Shown here: positions 1-12,883 of the stretch, piece by piece
Numbering within the stretch: position 1 is the first letter of the stretch
Layout: the number at the start of each line of letters is the position of its first letter
Assembly (NCBI GenBank): GCA_000004695.1
Contig: CM000150.2
Location: 3,968,001-4,032,000 of the forward strand
Direction: 5' to 3'
Length of the DNA stretch: 64,000 nt
From: Dictyostelium discoideum
Lineage: Eukaryota
Notes under the pieces: generated by a model
Told to the model about the DNA's origin: nothing
Database searches by the model: none
What the model saw: only the letters and a program-made list of their open reading frames with translations
Translations under genes and position numbers: made by a program

Positions 1-3000
1 CACTACCAAAAGTATATTCAATATCAATTTCACACAATGGAAACTCTTTTAATAATTGATTAAATTTCTCTAAAACATTATTTGATGAATGAAATGTGGT
101 TCCATTGTAATCTGCAAAACCGCTTGAAAAATCTAATATTCTAAATACCATTTTTTCATTTACAAATGGTACAAGTGATTGCTTAATAATTGTACCTACT
201 AAAATATCATTTTGTCCTTTTTCTTGTTGGTAAAGTGATTCGAATGTTTGTGGTGGTAAAATTAATGAATCCTTTGATTGAAGGTAGGTGGAATATAATT
301 CATTTGTTGGTGCTTCAATTTTTAATGAATCTTGAATTGGTGTTAATGAAGTACATGCTGCATTATCGATTTCAATTAATACAGTACCATCTTCTAACAT
401 TACTACAATAGATGCAAAGTAAGAATCACCCATTTTTGCATTTAATGATGAATAAACATATACGTTTGTATGTTGATCCCTTGCTGATGGTATATTTGAT
501 GAATATAGATTAAAACCTTCAATTCTATCGAAAACCAATTGACAATGTTCATCAACTAAACCAATCATACCATGTAAACAACAATCTAAAATTGAAGAGT
601 TGAAAAATGACTTTTGATCTGGTAAATGTTTTGGAAGTTCTAATGAAACCACTGATAATGAACAATTATCACCTAAATAACACATCGATACAGCTTGAAA
701 CATTCCACTATATGTTAAACCAGTTTTTAACTTTATGTGGTCATATAAATCTTCTTTTGTCAATTTGGTTAAATTGCAACGTTTTTCAATCAAATCTTTA
801 ATATTGTATTTTTGATTGAATATTTTTAAAGACTTTTCACCATTGTGTTTAAATAATTGAAAATTACCAAACGATGATTGAATCCATTCATTCTTTTTTT
901 GATCTTTAAAATGGAATAATACTTTATATTCTGTTTTTCCAGTTGGATAAATGTTTGTTTGTAAACAATGATTTACTGAATCATCTGTAAAAATAAATGG
1001 AGTACTAAATTCCAATGTACTAATAGTTATATCTTGTGATGGATAAATTTTTAATAAATTATCAATATAACCACAACCTGGGAAATAGAATTTCCCTTTT
1101 ACAACATGACCTTTTAGATATTGGAATGGTTTTCTCTTTATGTTTATAAATGTTTGATAAGATTTTACAAATGGTGAATCAGTAATTGAATTACCTAATA
1201 TATCAATTGGTGGACCTGTTAAATAATAATTCTCATAGAGTGAATTAATTTTCCAAAATTGTTTTTCATCCCATTGGTATAGTGGTAATTTATGAGTTGG
1301 TACTATTGATCTATTTATATTTTCAAATTGACATTTAAAGTTTATATTATACCCATTCTGACAATATAATTGAGAAATGGTTTGTCTTATCTCTTTAACA
1401 TCATTCTTTTTCTTGTGAAGTGGTGAATAAATTGAAATACTATCACCTTTTCCAAAGTAACTTGAATCTTTTGGTATCATTTGTTTTAAATAAAATTGTA
1501 AAGTTGGATGAGGAGCCAATTCAATAAAAACAATATCAGTTCCCAGTTGATTATTTTCTATATGTTTGTATAGATTTTCAATTGTTTGAGTAAAGTTCAC
1601 TGATTTTAAAATATTTTCATAAGTATATTTTGGTGAATATGGAGTAGTTTTATAATCAAATAAATTTGTTGTTACTGTAGAAAATATTGGTATTTCCGAT
1701 TCTTTGGATTTATAGTCCAATGAAAGGATATATTCTTTAATTGCTTTTTGACTTGATGTATGGAAAGATGATAATGAACCTAACATTGATGTAAATTCAC
1801 CTTTACTTTTTAATTCTTCTGAAATTTTATTTAGTTGATCCTCTTTTCCTCCAATTACAATTGATGTTGGTGAATTATAACATGAAATTTCTACATCAGG
1901 ATATCTTGATGAAAATTGTTCAATAAACTTTTCAGGTGAAATATTAATTGATAACATTCTACCACAACCTGTTGTTGTACTCTGGGCTATTGATCTATGA
2001 TAAATTAAATAACATTCAGTTTCTAAATCAATCATACCTGAACAATAAGCGGCAGTAACTTCACCAAGACTATGACCAACTATAAATGTTGGTTTAATAC
2101 CCCAGTGTTTATATAATTCGAATAGTGAAATTTGTACCATACAAATTGCAGGTTGTGCTAATGCTGGATTATGAATTGATTTCATATCATCTACCGGAAT
2201 GGATCTTAATTTCTCTAATATCGAGAAACCATAATATTTTGATAATTTATTATCCAACATATCCATAGTTTTTCTAAATATTGGTTCATTTTTATATAAT
2301 TCCAATGCCATTGTATTATATTGTGAACCTTGACCACAAAATACCATAATAATAATTGGATTCTTTGATTTTATTGAAATGTTTGATGATGTTGTTTTGA
2401 TTGTTTTAATATTATTATTAGTTGATATTAAATTATCTTTAAAATCATTCCAATTTGAACCTAAAATAACTGAACGTTGGTATAATGAATTTGATTTACT
2501 CATTATTTGTTCCTTTACAAAATCATTAAACTCCATAGTTTCTTGATTAAAATTTGAAATTAAAGATTGATATTGTTCTAATGATTTAGTTGAATTTGCT
2601 GAAAATGGAATTAAATATTCAATATTGTTCTGATGTTGTTGTTGTTTTAAATTTATTGTATTATTATTATCACTGCTACTATTATGATTATAATTGAAAT
2701 CTTTTAAAATAATACAAACGTTTGAACCTGTAACTCCAAAATTATTAACAGCCATGGTAATTTCTTTTTTTGGGAATGGAGTTGGTTCTACCACTACTTT
2801 TAAATTCCATTCATTAAATTTTATTAATGGATTTGGTGTTTTAAAATGTAAATTTGGTATAAAGTATCTATTTTTAAACATTAAACAGCATTTAACCAAT
2901 GATGCAATACCAGAAGATGCTTCACAATGACCAATCATTGATTTAAACGAACCTATTAATAATGGATTTTCTTTTGAATGATTGTCTTTGAAAATACTTG

Positions 3001-3369
3001 AAATACCTTCTACTTCAATTGGATCACCAACTGGAGTACCTGTACCATGTGCTTCAACATAGTCTACATCTTTTGCATTGATATTACCAGATGATAATGC
3101 CATTTTAATATTTTCAGCTTGTGATTGTGCTGATGGTGAATAGAAATTTGATTTATCACTATATCCATTACCATCAACATTTGAACTTGTACCTTTAATA
3201 ACACAATAAACTCTATCACCATCAATAATTGCTTGGTTTAAATCTTTTAATAATAATACCCCAATACATTCACTTTTTACATAACCATCTGCATTTGCAT
3301 CAAAACTTTTACATCTTCCGTCTTTACTTAACATATTCATATATGAAAATGATTTTGGGGTATTTGCAT
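1..3369 (-). CDS. Type I polyketide synthase, exon 2 (partial; runs off the window 5' edge). Encodes the rest of the KS domain, then an acyltransferase domain and downstream linker.
   Basis: Minus-strand frame is open across the whole region. AG acceptor at 3370-3371, phase 1, joins exon 1. KS sequence ...[43 protein letters not shown] active-site motif [14 protein letters not shown] at ~2040-2100 on the minus strand. Confidence 0.85.
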
Positions 3370-3374
3370 CTATT

Positions 3375-3407
<33 letters not shown>

Positions 3408-3462
3408 TTTATTTTAATTAATATATGTTCCATTATTTTTTTTTTTTTTTTTTTCTACTTAC

Positions 3463-4087
3463 CAAAAATTAAACTTGTACCACCAACAATTGACATTTTA
3501 GAGTTTCCTTCAATGATAGATTTACAACCTAAAACCACAGCATTTGATGATGACGAACAAGCTGTATCTATTGTTATTGATGGACCATGAAAATCAAAAA
3601 TGTTTGAGACACGATTTGATGATGAATGTGATGATGATGAAAATATGTTGGTTTGAATTGAATCGATAGTTCTATTTAAATCTCTATATTCGTGAGTTGT
3701 ATTCCCAATGAAAACAGAGGTATTTGAACCGCGTAAATTAATTGGATCAATCATTGCATCTTCAATGGCTTCCCATGTACATTTTAAAAGTAAACGTTGT
3801 TGTGGATCTATTGCAGTTGCCTCTGGTGGACTTATACCAAAGAATAAAGGATCGAATGATTTAACTTCATCCATTGGTAATAAACCACCATATCTATTAT
3901 TAATCTCGCCCAATTTGTTGAAATTATCACTCCATCTTTCATTAGTTTCAATAATACCATCATAACCATTAACTAATTCTTTCCAAAGTTCACTTGGATT
4001 ACCTAAACTCTTGCCACTACCACCACCTGGTAATCTAAACCCAATTCCAATAATCCCAATACCATTATTTTCTTCTTTTAAAATCAT
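3463..4087 (-). CDS. Type I polyketide synthase, exon 1 (N-terminus, start of ketosynthase domain).
   Basis: ORF-track minus [25 protein letters not shown]... with the DTACSSS KS active-site Cys. Ends at a GTAAGT donor (phase 1). Intron 3370-3462 is a poly-A/T tract. Confidence 0.85.
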
Positions 4088-4236
4088 AATTTATTTTTTA
4101 AATTAATAACTATAAATGATTTATTGGATAATATATGTTAATAATTATATAATTAATTAATTTTTTTTTTTTTTTTTTTTTCATTTTATATGAAAAAATA
4201 AAAATAAAAAATTAAAAATATTTTATATCACCAGAC

Positions 4237-4330
4237 AGACAGATAGGTAGGTAGGTAGGTAGGTAGGTAGGTAGGTAGGTAGGCAGACAGGTAGGTAGGT
4301 AGGTAGGCAGACAGGTAGGTAGGTAGGCAG
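4237..4330. repeat. (TAGG)n tetranucleotide microsatellite, ~20 units, interrupted twice by CAGACAGG.
   Basis: Direct reading: taggtaggtagg... between the PKS start and the TBC gene 3' end. Confidence 0.9.
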
Positions 4331-4661
4331 ACACATTCATTAAAATCTATTTAAATAAAACAATCTAAGATGTTTATAATATTAAACTGTAAAAAAAAAA
4401 AAGTTTGGAAAAAAAAAAAAATAAAAAATAAAAGAGAACAGATTATGGTGTTTAGGAGCATTCTTCGAAGGATAAAAAAAAAATAATAATAATAGAGAAC
4501 AGATTATTTAATAAACATTTTTTCTAATAAAAAAAAAAAAAATAAAAAGAGAACAGATAAAATTTTAAATCCAAAAAATCTCAAAAAAAAAACAAAAAAA
4601 AAAAAAAAAAAACAATTTCTCCCGAAATTAATTTTTAATTGTTGTTATTAACAAACAATCC

Positions 4662-4693
<32 letters not shown>

Positions 4694-4851
4694 TATATAT
4701 TTTATTGTTCTTTTTCTTTATTCTCTCTTTAATTGTTTCTACTTTATTTTTTTTTTTTATTTTTTTTTTTTTTTTAATTTTTTTTTTTTTTTTTGTTTTT
4801 TTTTTTTTTTTTTTCTTGGTAGGGAAATAAAAAAAAAAATTATTAAAAATA

Positions 4852-5532
4852 TTACTTTTTAATAATATTATTATTTAAATTTATATTATTACTTTTTAAA
4901 TGTGATTGAGCTTCTTCATATAATGATCTATAATAGAAAGCAGTAGAGAATAAACTTTCAATATCACGTTCTTCCCAATTTTGAGTTGGAGGTTTTTGAA
5001 GGAAAATCATAATGTCAGGGAAATCTCTTTGCTTCAATTCATCAGACCATAAAACCAAGAAAGCGGCACAAACATAAACATGAAAAACACTAAATCCCTC
5101 CTTTTCACTTAGATAAGTATCCCACATACGTATTACCAATGGAAAAGGTATCTCTCTCATGAGTAAACAATTCATCCAACGAAATGCAAACGTAATGAAT
5201 TGAGCGTCTTGATCGGCCAAATGGGCACATAAACTATTGTTAATCTTCTCTAGTAATCCTTTTAAACTTGCCAACATTCTTTGTATACCAGGTTGAGCAA
5301 ATGTATAATGATCTTGAATACCATCCAATAATTTCGTTAAACACCAATAACTATCTGCTTCAACCATTGCCAATATGGTCGAATCAATTTGATCCACTTG
5401 ACAATTGGCAACATCTTCAACATACTCTGATAAAAATACCCAAATAAATGGTGTTGCTAAATCATTAATACCTTGAACATATCCTGTTGATGGATGCCTA
5501 ATACCCCATAAATATAAAATTCTTTCTAAAAT
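4852..5532 (-). CDS. TBC-domain Rab GTPase-activating protein, exon 3 (C-terminal half of the TBC domain).
   Basis: Minus frame reads ILERILYLWGIRHPSTGYVQGINDLATPF...MDQIDSTILAMVEADSYWC..., i.e. the Rab-GAP YxQ-type motif region. Phase-0 acceptor at 5533-5534. Confidence 0.8.
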   Translation of the reverse strand: MLERILYLWGIRHPSTGYVQGINDLATPFIWVFLSEYVEDVANCQVDQIDSTILAMVEADSYWCLTKLLDGIQDHYTFAQPGIQRMLASLKGLLEKINNSLCAHLADQDAQFITFAFRWMNCLLMREIPFPLVIRMWDTYLSEKEGFSVFHVYVCAAFLVLWSDELKQRDFPDIMIFLQKPPTQNWEERDIESLFSTAFYYRSLYEEAQSHLKSNNINLNNNIIKK

Positions 5533-5564
5533 CTAATAATAATTATAATTAATATTTTTAAAGA

Positions 5565-5671
<107 letters not shown>

Positions 5672-5689
5672 AATTATAATAATACAAAC

Positions 5690-6517
5690 ATCTTGAATTA
5701 AAGGTTGTTGAAAAAATGGTACACCAGGATTTGTTCTTGGTACATCCATTTGAATTTGTTTTAAAGTTCTTCTATCGGATTCACCTCTTTTCTCATCGGA
5801 AGTATAATATTGTGGTAAACCATCACGATATTCTTTTCTTTTTCTCTCTAAATGTTCATCTCTTCTTTCACAATTTGAGGGTAAATAACCTAATAGTATC
5901 TTCCAAGACATTGGTCTATATCTATCTGGTATACCACGCCATCCTAACGTTTTTAAACTTTCCATATCTACATGTATACCTGTATTTAATAATTTCTCAA
6001 ATTTCTTTATTCTATTACTATTTATATTTTGTATATTATTTTGTTGTTGTTGCTGTTGCTGTTGCTGCTGTAATGATGATGATGATGATGATGTATCAAT
6101 ACCACCATTACTTGAATTTAATGATGATGATAATGAATTTGAATTCGATGCTGATAAATGTGTACTACTATTACTATGACCAATTACTGATGTATTTATT
6201 GATGATGATGATAATGATAAATGTGATAAATTATTCTCTAATGTATTTAAATTTGATGCTGATGATGATGTTGTCATCTTTGATGTAGTTGTAGTTGTGG
6301 TGGTTGTTTGATTGTTATTATTATTATTATTGTTATTGTTATTGTTATTATTGTTATTGTTATTATTGTTATTATTGTTACTATCTATATTTGTTGTCGT
6401 TATTTGGGTTTGTGAATTTACAGTTGATAAATAAGGTGAGGTTGATGATGATGAAAATTGACCATGATTAAATATAACACTACTATCATAATCTTTTTTC
6501 CTATTTGGTATCATATT
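5690..6517 (-). CDS. TBC-domain RabGAP, exon 2: N/Q/T/S-rich low-complexity region, then the TBC N-terminal arginine-finger region.
   Basis: ORF-track 5558..6514 minus protein carries ...GWRGIPDRYRPMSWKILLGYLP...IQMDVPRTNP (RxxxW and IxxDxxR TBC motifs). Donor GTTTGT follows ...PLIQD (phase 0). Acceptor ATAATAG|AAATATG at 6518-6519. Confidence 0.8.
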
Positions 6518-6608
6518 TCTATTATTTTTTTTTTTTTTTTTTTTTTTATTAATATATTTATTTTTAAAATAACCCTCTGTAACTAATAATGAAAATTATA
6601 ACTCTTAC

Positions 6609-6734
6609 CCATTAAATTTTTCAAATCTAGTTGGATGTATATTGTTTACAGGTTTTGCTATACCTGGAGATTTTCTAGAAAATCTCCAAAATGCTTCTTT
6701 TACTGGACTATTTGTATCACTATGGTTACTCATT
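6609..6734 (-). CDS. TBC-domain RabGAP, exon 1 (MSNHSDTNSPVKEAFWRFSRKSPGIAKPVNNIHPTRFEKFNG).
   Basis: ATG at 6734, GTAAGA donor after ...AATGG (phase 2). Joining to exon 2 restores the frame (GG+A = Gly). Confidence 0.6.
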
Positions 6735-6837
6735 ATTGATTTTCTTACTTTTTTTTTTTTGTATATATTTATTTTTATTTGTTGATAAATTTGATTATTT
6801 TATTTATGACACTCTTTTTTTTTTTAGGTGAAGAAAA

Positions 6838-6870
<33 letters not shown>

Positions 6871-8380
6871 AAAAAGAAAAAACTTTTATATATATATGTG
6901 ATGTTATTTATTATTTCAAAAACAAAAAAAAAAAAAAAATATAAACAAAAAATAAAAAACAAAAAAACAAAAATAAAAAAAAGATAAAAAAAATAAAAAA
7001 CAAGAAAAAAAAAAAAAAACTAGTTTGTAAAATCTACTTTGTAAATAAATTTATATTTTCTTTTTTTGAAAAATGTAACATATGTGCAAAGTGTTGTGTA
7101 TTTTTTTTTTTTTAAAAAAAAAAAAATTTTGATTGTTATTTTGTTTTATTTTATTTTTTCCCTTCCTTATTACCTAAATTATAATTATCTGTAAAAAACA
7201 GCGTGCCTTTTTAAAAATATTGTTAGGCAGTTTGTTTGGTGTGCAAACAAAAAAAAAAAAAAAATAAAAAAAAATAAAAAAAAAAAAAATAAAAAAAAAA
7301 AATTAATTTTTTTCAAAATATCCTTTTTTTTTTTTTAAAACTTAAATTTTTTTTGTTCTATTTTTATTTTTAAATTCTATTTTTATTTTTAATTAATTAT
7401 AATAAATAAAATAATTTAAATTATTATGTAAAAGATTATGGATAATTATTTTAAATTTATTTATGAAAAAAAAAAAATAAAAAAAATAATAAAAATAAAA
7501 AAAATTAAAAAAAATTAAAAAAAAAAATTGTGGGAAATTTGGTGGTTCAAAAATAAGCATTAATATTTTAAAAAATTAAATTTTAATTTGCAATTTAGTA
7601 AATGAATCAATTAATTAATCAATTAATGAATGATTGAGTGGATGAATTAATTAATTAATTAATTATATATCGTTATAATTTACTGATGATGATAAATTCG
7701 TATCGATTTTTAATGGATATGTTACACCTTTTTTCATAGTTTTATATTTATAAATTAATATACCACTCTCTCCTCTATCTCTCTCTTTATCTATATCTAT
7801 ATTATTCTTAATAAAATCCTATTCTAATTAATTTTTTTTTTTTTTTTAAAAAATTAAATTGCACCACACATATAAAAAAAAACATCAAAAAAAAAAAAAG
7901 ATCTCTTTTGAATTATTTTTTTTATTTTAACTTTCATTTTTTATTTTTATTTTTTTTATTACTCATCTTTATATTCATTAATTGTATGTATACATAGTTG
8001 ATGTGGGGAAATTTCAAAAAAATTACACTACAACAAATAACTTACCTTGGTGATTCTAGGTGGATCAAATGGAATATATTCATCCGTTGTTTTTCTTCAA
8101 AAATAAAAAAATAATTACAAAGTAATTAAATTTTTTTATTTTTTTTATTTTTTTTTTTAAACAATAATTTAAATTTATTAATTCTTAATATGTATAGATA
8201 AATAGAGCACTCAAAAATACTCAAAATGATATAAAAATTAAAAAAAATGAATGTAATCATTCTGTTTTTTTGAATTTTTTTTTTTTTTTTCAAATCAAAA
8301 TAAATTTTATTTTTTTTTTTATTTTTTGGTCTAAACTAGTTGGCATGAGGAGTTTTAAATATATTGAAATACTGATGATT

Positions 8381-8770
8381 TTAATCTTTGTAATAAACTT
8401 CAGATATTTGTAAATATTTTAAACTTGATATAATATAAAAATTATCAAAAGGACAGTTTGAAAAACTTTGAGTGATTTGACTTTTATAATAATTTAGATC
8501 ACCTGCAAATTGAATAGTTTTTATATAAAAATTATTAAAAATTAAATTTGTTAAGGTATTTGGTAACCATTTAATTTTTTCAATTACTCCACCAATTATA
8601 TTTAAATAATAGGTTTGATAATCTAAAACTAAATTAATTAGATATAATGGTAAACAATTAAATGCAATTAATGGTTGGTAAAATTTAAATGGTTCTATAC
8701 CTTGATAACCTAAAATTTTTAATGTAGTAATTGGATTTGGTAAAAATAATAATGGTTGATTTAACATCAT
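8381..8770 (-). CDS. Hypothetical 129-aa protein (MMLNQPLLFLPNPITTLKILGYQGIEPFKFYQPLIAFNCLPLYLINL...).
   Basis: A 390-nt open frame in ~80% AT DNA is unlikely by chance. I see no recognisable domain. The frame stays open ~40 codons upstream without an ATG. Confidence 0.3.
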   Translation of the reverse strand: MMLNQPLLFLPNPITTLKILGYQGIEPFKFYQPLIAFNCLPLYLINLVLDYQTYYLNIIGGVIEKIKWLPNTLTNLIFNNFYIKTIQFAGDLNYYKSQITQSFSNCPFDNFYIISSLKYLQISEVYYKD

Positions 8771-8963
8771 ACCAAAAAATACTAATTTTTTTAAATTTTC
8801 TGGGAAAAAAAAGGAATATAGATTCAGATCTGAAATTTAATTATTAAATCTAATATCTTTGATCAAAAAAAGTTGAAAATGGAATTCGATGAACAAATTG
8901 AAATAATTTTTTTTAATGTTCATAAAAGGAAATTATAAAAATAAAAAATAATAAAATTTTAAC

Positions 8964-9001
<38 letters not shown>

Positions 9002-9025
9002 CTACAATTTTTTTATTATTTTTCT

Positions 9026-9056
<31 letters not shown>

Positions 9057-9367
9057 AATTTAAAATGATTTTATAGTAATGGACAGGTTTTTTTTTTTTA
9101 ATTTTTTTTAATTTTTTTTTTTTTTCAACTGTTTTATTTTATTTTTATTTTTAAAATGATTAAAAAGAACTTAAAAAATATAAATAAATGTGTATTTTTG
9201 AGTCCTCTATTTTTATACACTAAATTGAATTTTTAAAAATTAAAAATAAAAAAAAAAAAAAAAAAAAAAAAAATGAAATCCGATATAAATTAATATGGGG
9301 AAAATACAAAAAAACATAAAAAACTGAAAAATTATGTTTTTGGATTTTGTTTCTTTTAAAATGCACA

Positions 9368-9412
<45 letters not shown>

Positions 9413-9473
9413 AAAAACCGAAAATTTTTTTTCATTTTGGTTAATACAAATATTCTCAACAATACCTAAAAAA

Positions 9474-10485
9474 ATGTTTAGGTTATTAAATAAGAGTGAA
9501 TTAATAAAACCATTTATAAATAATAGTAGTAGTAGTATTAGTAATAATAATGTTAATAATTTAATTAATAAAACCATTATATTTCCAACATTTCAATCAT
9601 TAATATTAAATGAAAAATTTTATTCATTTAATAAAAAAAGTAATATTAGTTTTGTTGCACCATTAAAAAAGTCAAATGATAAAAATTTTTATAATCGTGG
9701 TGGTGGTGGAGGTGAAAATAAAAGTGATCAACAAAATAGTAGTGGTGGTGGTAAAAGAGCAAAATTTTTGAGAGCAAAAGAGGAATTAAGAAAAGAATCG
9801 TCAAGTAAAGTATCATCAAATTCACTTTATGGTAGTGGTTTAGCATCAACTGAAAATTTTAAAAAACCAAAACCAAGAACAACAACAATTGGTGATTATA
9901 ATCCACAAAAATATTTTTACCATCCAGCAAATAGAATTCATCAAGATTCACCAGAATATAAACTTAGAGAATCATTAAAACAAAAAAGAGAAAGTATAAA
10001 AATGGCAGTTGAGAAAAAGCGTTCTATAATATTCGAAAAAAGGGATCACAACGTTACAATGGAACAATTGGATAATCAAACAATACATATACATAATAAA
10101 TCGAAATATTTCGATAATCTCGATCCAAATGCAATTGGAACTGGTATTGCATTTTCAAGACTTGGTATTAAAAAAAATTTAGTTGAATCTTTAAAAAAAC
10201 ATTTTAACATTACAATTCCATCATTAATTCAGCAATTAGCAATACCTCCAATCCTTTCAAATTCAAAAGATGTTTTATTCGTTTCACAAACAGGTACTGG
10301 TAAAACTTTAACTTATCTCTTACCAATCATTCAAAATATTAAAAAATCTGAAGAACAAGAATTAAAAGAAATTAAAGAAAATATTAAATTAGAAAATAAT
10401 AATGAAAAAGAAGAAGAACAAGAGGAGGAAATAGTAGAAAAGGAAGAAGAAGAAGAAGAACAAGAAGATGAAAATATTGAAAAAG

Positions 10486-10528
<43 letters not shown>

Positions 10529-11864
10529 AGAAATTACAAATGAAGAAAAAGAAAACTCAAGATTATTATTAAAGAGAGCACCAAGAAGACCAAAAGCAAT
10601 TATTTTAGTACCAACTAGAGAATTAGCAATACAAGTTATGAAAGTTGCTAAAAAGATTTCATTTGAAGTTAAATTTAGTTGTACAGCAATTTCAAGTGGC
10701 GGTGGTGATCTTAATAAGTATTTAAAAACTTTTAAGAATTTACCAATTGATATATTAATTTCAACACCAGGTTCATTAATTAAATTAATTGAACAAAAAA
10801 AGATATTCTTTAGTAAATTACGTCATTTAGTTATTGATGAAGCAGATTCAATGTTTACAATTGGTAAAGGTTTTGAACAAGATATCGATAAAATCGTTCA
10901 ACCATTTAAATATCGTTTACAAAATAAACAAGAGATTGGTTCAGAAAACGCAATCAATGCCACAATTTGTAGTGCAACCTTAACAGAACAACTCATGAAA
11001 CAAATTAATCAATCTTTTCCATCCATTGAAAAATTATCAACTCCAACAATTCATAAATCATTAAATACATTAGAACAACGTTTCTTTTATATTCCGCCAG
11101 GTTTAAATGGTGGTGATAAACATGGTGCATTAATGAAAGCAATTGAAAGTGTTGTTCTTAATAAAAATGAAAATAAAAATAAAAATAAAAATGAAAATGA
11201 AAATGAAAATAATGAAAATGAAAATGAAAATAATGAAAATGAAAATGAAAATGAAAATGAAAATGGAAATGAAAATGAAAATGAAAATGAAAATGAAAAT
11301 GAAAATGAAAATAAAAATGAAAATGAAAATCAAGAAGATAAAGTGGAAACTACAACTACTACTACAACAAAAACTACTACTGATGGTAATAAAATTGCTA
11401 AGCAACAAAAGAGAAAAACATTAATTTTCTGTAATAAACCAGATTCATGTAGATCAACAGAATACTTTTTAACAGAGAATGGTATAAATGCAACATCATT
11501 ACATGGTGAAATGCCACCACATAGAAGATCAGAAAATTGGAAATCATTTTTAAATGGTGATAAAGAATTTTTAGTTGCAACTGATATAGCTTCAAGAGGT
11601 ATTGATATAGGTTTAATTGATCATGTAATTTTATTTGATTTCCCTTCAAATCCAATCGATTATTTACACCGTATTGGTAGAACAGCTAGAGCCGGTAATA
11701 GAGGTTTAGTCACTTGTTTAATCACTCATAAAGATAGATATTTAGCTGATGAAATTAAAGAATCAATTAGAAAAGGTTATACTTTAGAAAATATTTCAAA
11801 TAATAATTATAATAATAAGAATAATAATAATAATAATAATAATAGAAAAAAGTCATTTAAATAA
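9474..11864 (+). CDS. DEAD-box ATP-dependent RNA helicase, single exon, 796 aa. Carries E-rich and (N-E)n low-complexity insertions and a basic N-terminus (likely organellar or nucleolar).
   Basis: Motif I SQTGTGKTLTYLLP, motif II VIDEAD, motif III CSATL, motif V ATDIASRGIDI, motif VI HRIGRTARAG. Confidence 0.9.
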
Positions 11865-11901
11865 AATAAAATAAAATAAATTACACTATTAATTTTATTT
11901 T

Positions 11902-12801
11902 TTAATTATTATATTTTGAAGCGATTCTTGCTAAATTAAAACCAAATTCATTAATTAAATTTGTTTTTTCTTGATTTGCTAAAACTGAAACTACAATGTT
12001 TTCTTGAGGTATCATTACTAATACAGTACTACCACCAACTGCATTACCAGTGTGATAGATTATATCGGTATTATTTTTTGAAGAAGGTTGTTTAAACCAA
12101 CCAGTGCAATAGTTCATGGTATTCTTTCCAGTTAATGGTGGATTTGGTTTAAAGAGATGATCAATTGTGGATTGCTTTAAAAGTCGACCACCTAAAACGG
12201 TTGAACCAAGTTTACAAAGATCTTCAGCAGTTGAGATGAAACCACCACCTGGCCATTTATAACTGGAATTTGTGAATTCAGCATTACATAATGAGACTCT
12301 AGCTTCGTCGTATCCATTTGCTGAGATCTCTTGTTGAGTTCTTGGTGTGAATTTTAGAGCATACTGTTTTGATCTACCTGGAATTAAAGAATCATGTTCA
12401 TCAGGTTGAGTATCAAACATACCGCATGGTCTGAAAACTGAATCTCTCATAAATGTTGTAAAACTTTTACCAGATGCTGATTCAATTACTAAACCTAATA
12501 AAGTGTAACCAAAAGTTGAATAATTAAAATAATGACCTGGTTTAGTTTTCTCTAAATCTTTTACCCATGGATTCTCTTTAAACATTTCTAAAGGATTTCT
12601 ATGACCCCATGGATTATATTCTTTATCAGTTTTAAATTTCTCTACACTATAAAATTCTGCTTTTCTATTTAACCCATAATGTCTAATACCTCCTAAATGT
12701 GATGCAACATGATTAATAGTTAAAACATCATCTGGAAAATTTGGACTATTCTTCCATTCTGGTACATGTTTTTGAATTGAATCTGAAAATTTAATTTTCC
12801 C
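11902..12801 (-). CDS. Serine beta-lactamase-like protein (LACTB/penicillin-binding-protein-like esterase), exon 2.
   Basis: C-terminal family signature ...YHTGNAVGGSTVLVMIPQENIVVSVLANQ. Acceptor AAAG|GGGAAAATT, phase 0, joins exon 1 giving ...GVLFEQ|GKIKFSDSIQKHVPEW... Confidence 0.8.
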   Translation of the reverse strand, partial: GKIKFSDSIQKHVPEWKNSPNFPDDVLTINHVASHLGGIRHYGLNRKAEFYSVEKFKTDKEYNPWGHRNPLEMFKENPWVKDLEKTKPGHYFNYSTFGYTLLGLVIESASGKSFTTFMRDSVFRPCGMFDTQPDEHDSLIPGRSKQYALKFTPRTQQEISANGYDEARVSLCNAEFTNSSYKWPGGGFISTAEDLCKLGSTVLGGRLLKQSTIDHLFKPNPPLTGKNTMNYCTGWFKQPSSKNNTDIIYHTGNAVGGSTVLVMIPQENIVVSVLANQEKTNLINEFGFNLARIASKYNN

Positions 12802-12883
12802 CTTTAATTATTAATTAAATTGGATTAATATTTTTTTTTTTTTATTATTTATTATTTATTATTTATTATTATTATTAACTTAC

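Noticed and set aside
190-2930. Plus-strand ORFs 190-411, 607-801 and 2694-2930 from the ORF track
   Set aside because: They lie antisense to the long open minus-strand PKS reading frame, which carries clear KS/AT motifs. They have no domain content and odd composition, so they are chance antisense ORFs.
4237-4330. Checked whether the (TAGG)n block, or the regularly spaced 11-mers at 4420-4570, could be a CRISPR-like array
   Set aside because: This is eukaryotic AT-rich DNA. The repeats are 4-nt microsatellite units or 11-mers with non-unique spacers, and there are no cas-like genes. They are simple repeats or promoter motifs.
4639-4830. Homopolymer-derived ORFs (poly-Phe/Lys/Ile/Tyr/His), also at 9220-9577, 11130-11655, 16636-17136, 21279-22063, 23109-23615, 24401-24879, 26319-26525, 28625-28930, 47635-48016, 48809-49078, 49629-50146, 58100-58306, 59458-60075, 63629-63844
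   Set aside because: These are translations of A/T runs, (AAT)n, (ATC)n or (AATGAA)n microsatellites, or the antisense or +1 frames of genuine low-complexity coding regions. They have no start context, no splice signals and no complexity.
5716-6288. 190-aa plus-strand ORF rich in M/Y/L
   Set aside because: It is antisense to the TBC-domain exon whose minus-strand frame carries RxxxW and IxxDxxR motifs, so it is a mirror artefact of the N/Q/S-rich tract.
8040-8095. Possible orphan micro-exon on the minus strand (…RKTTDEYIPFDPPRITK followed by GTAAGT), or alternatively ATG-NIFHLIHLESPR + GTAAGT
   Set aside because: It has a good donor and protein-like residues, but there is no in-frame upstream exon or start, and no convincing downstream partner exon with a consistent phase. 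It cannot be supported from sequence alone.
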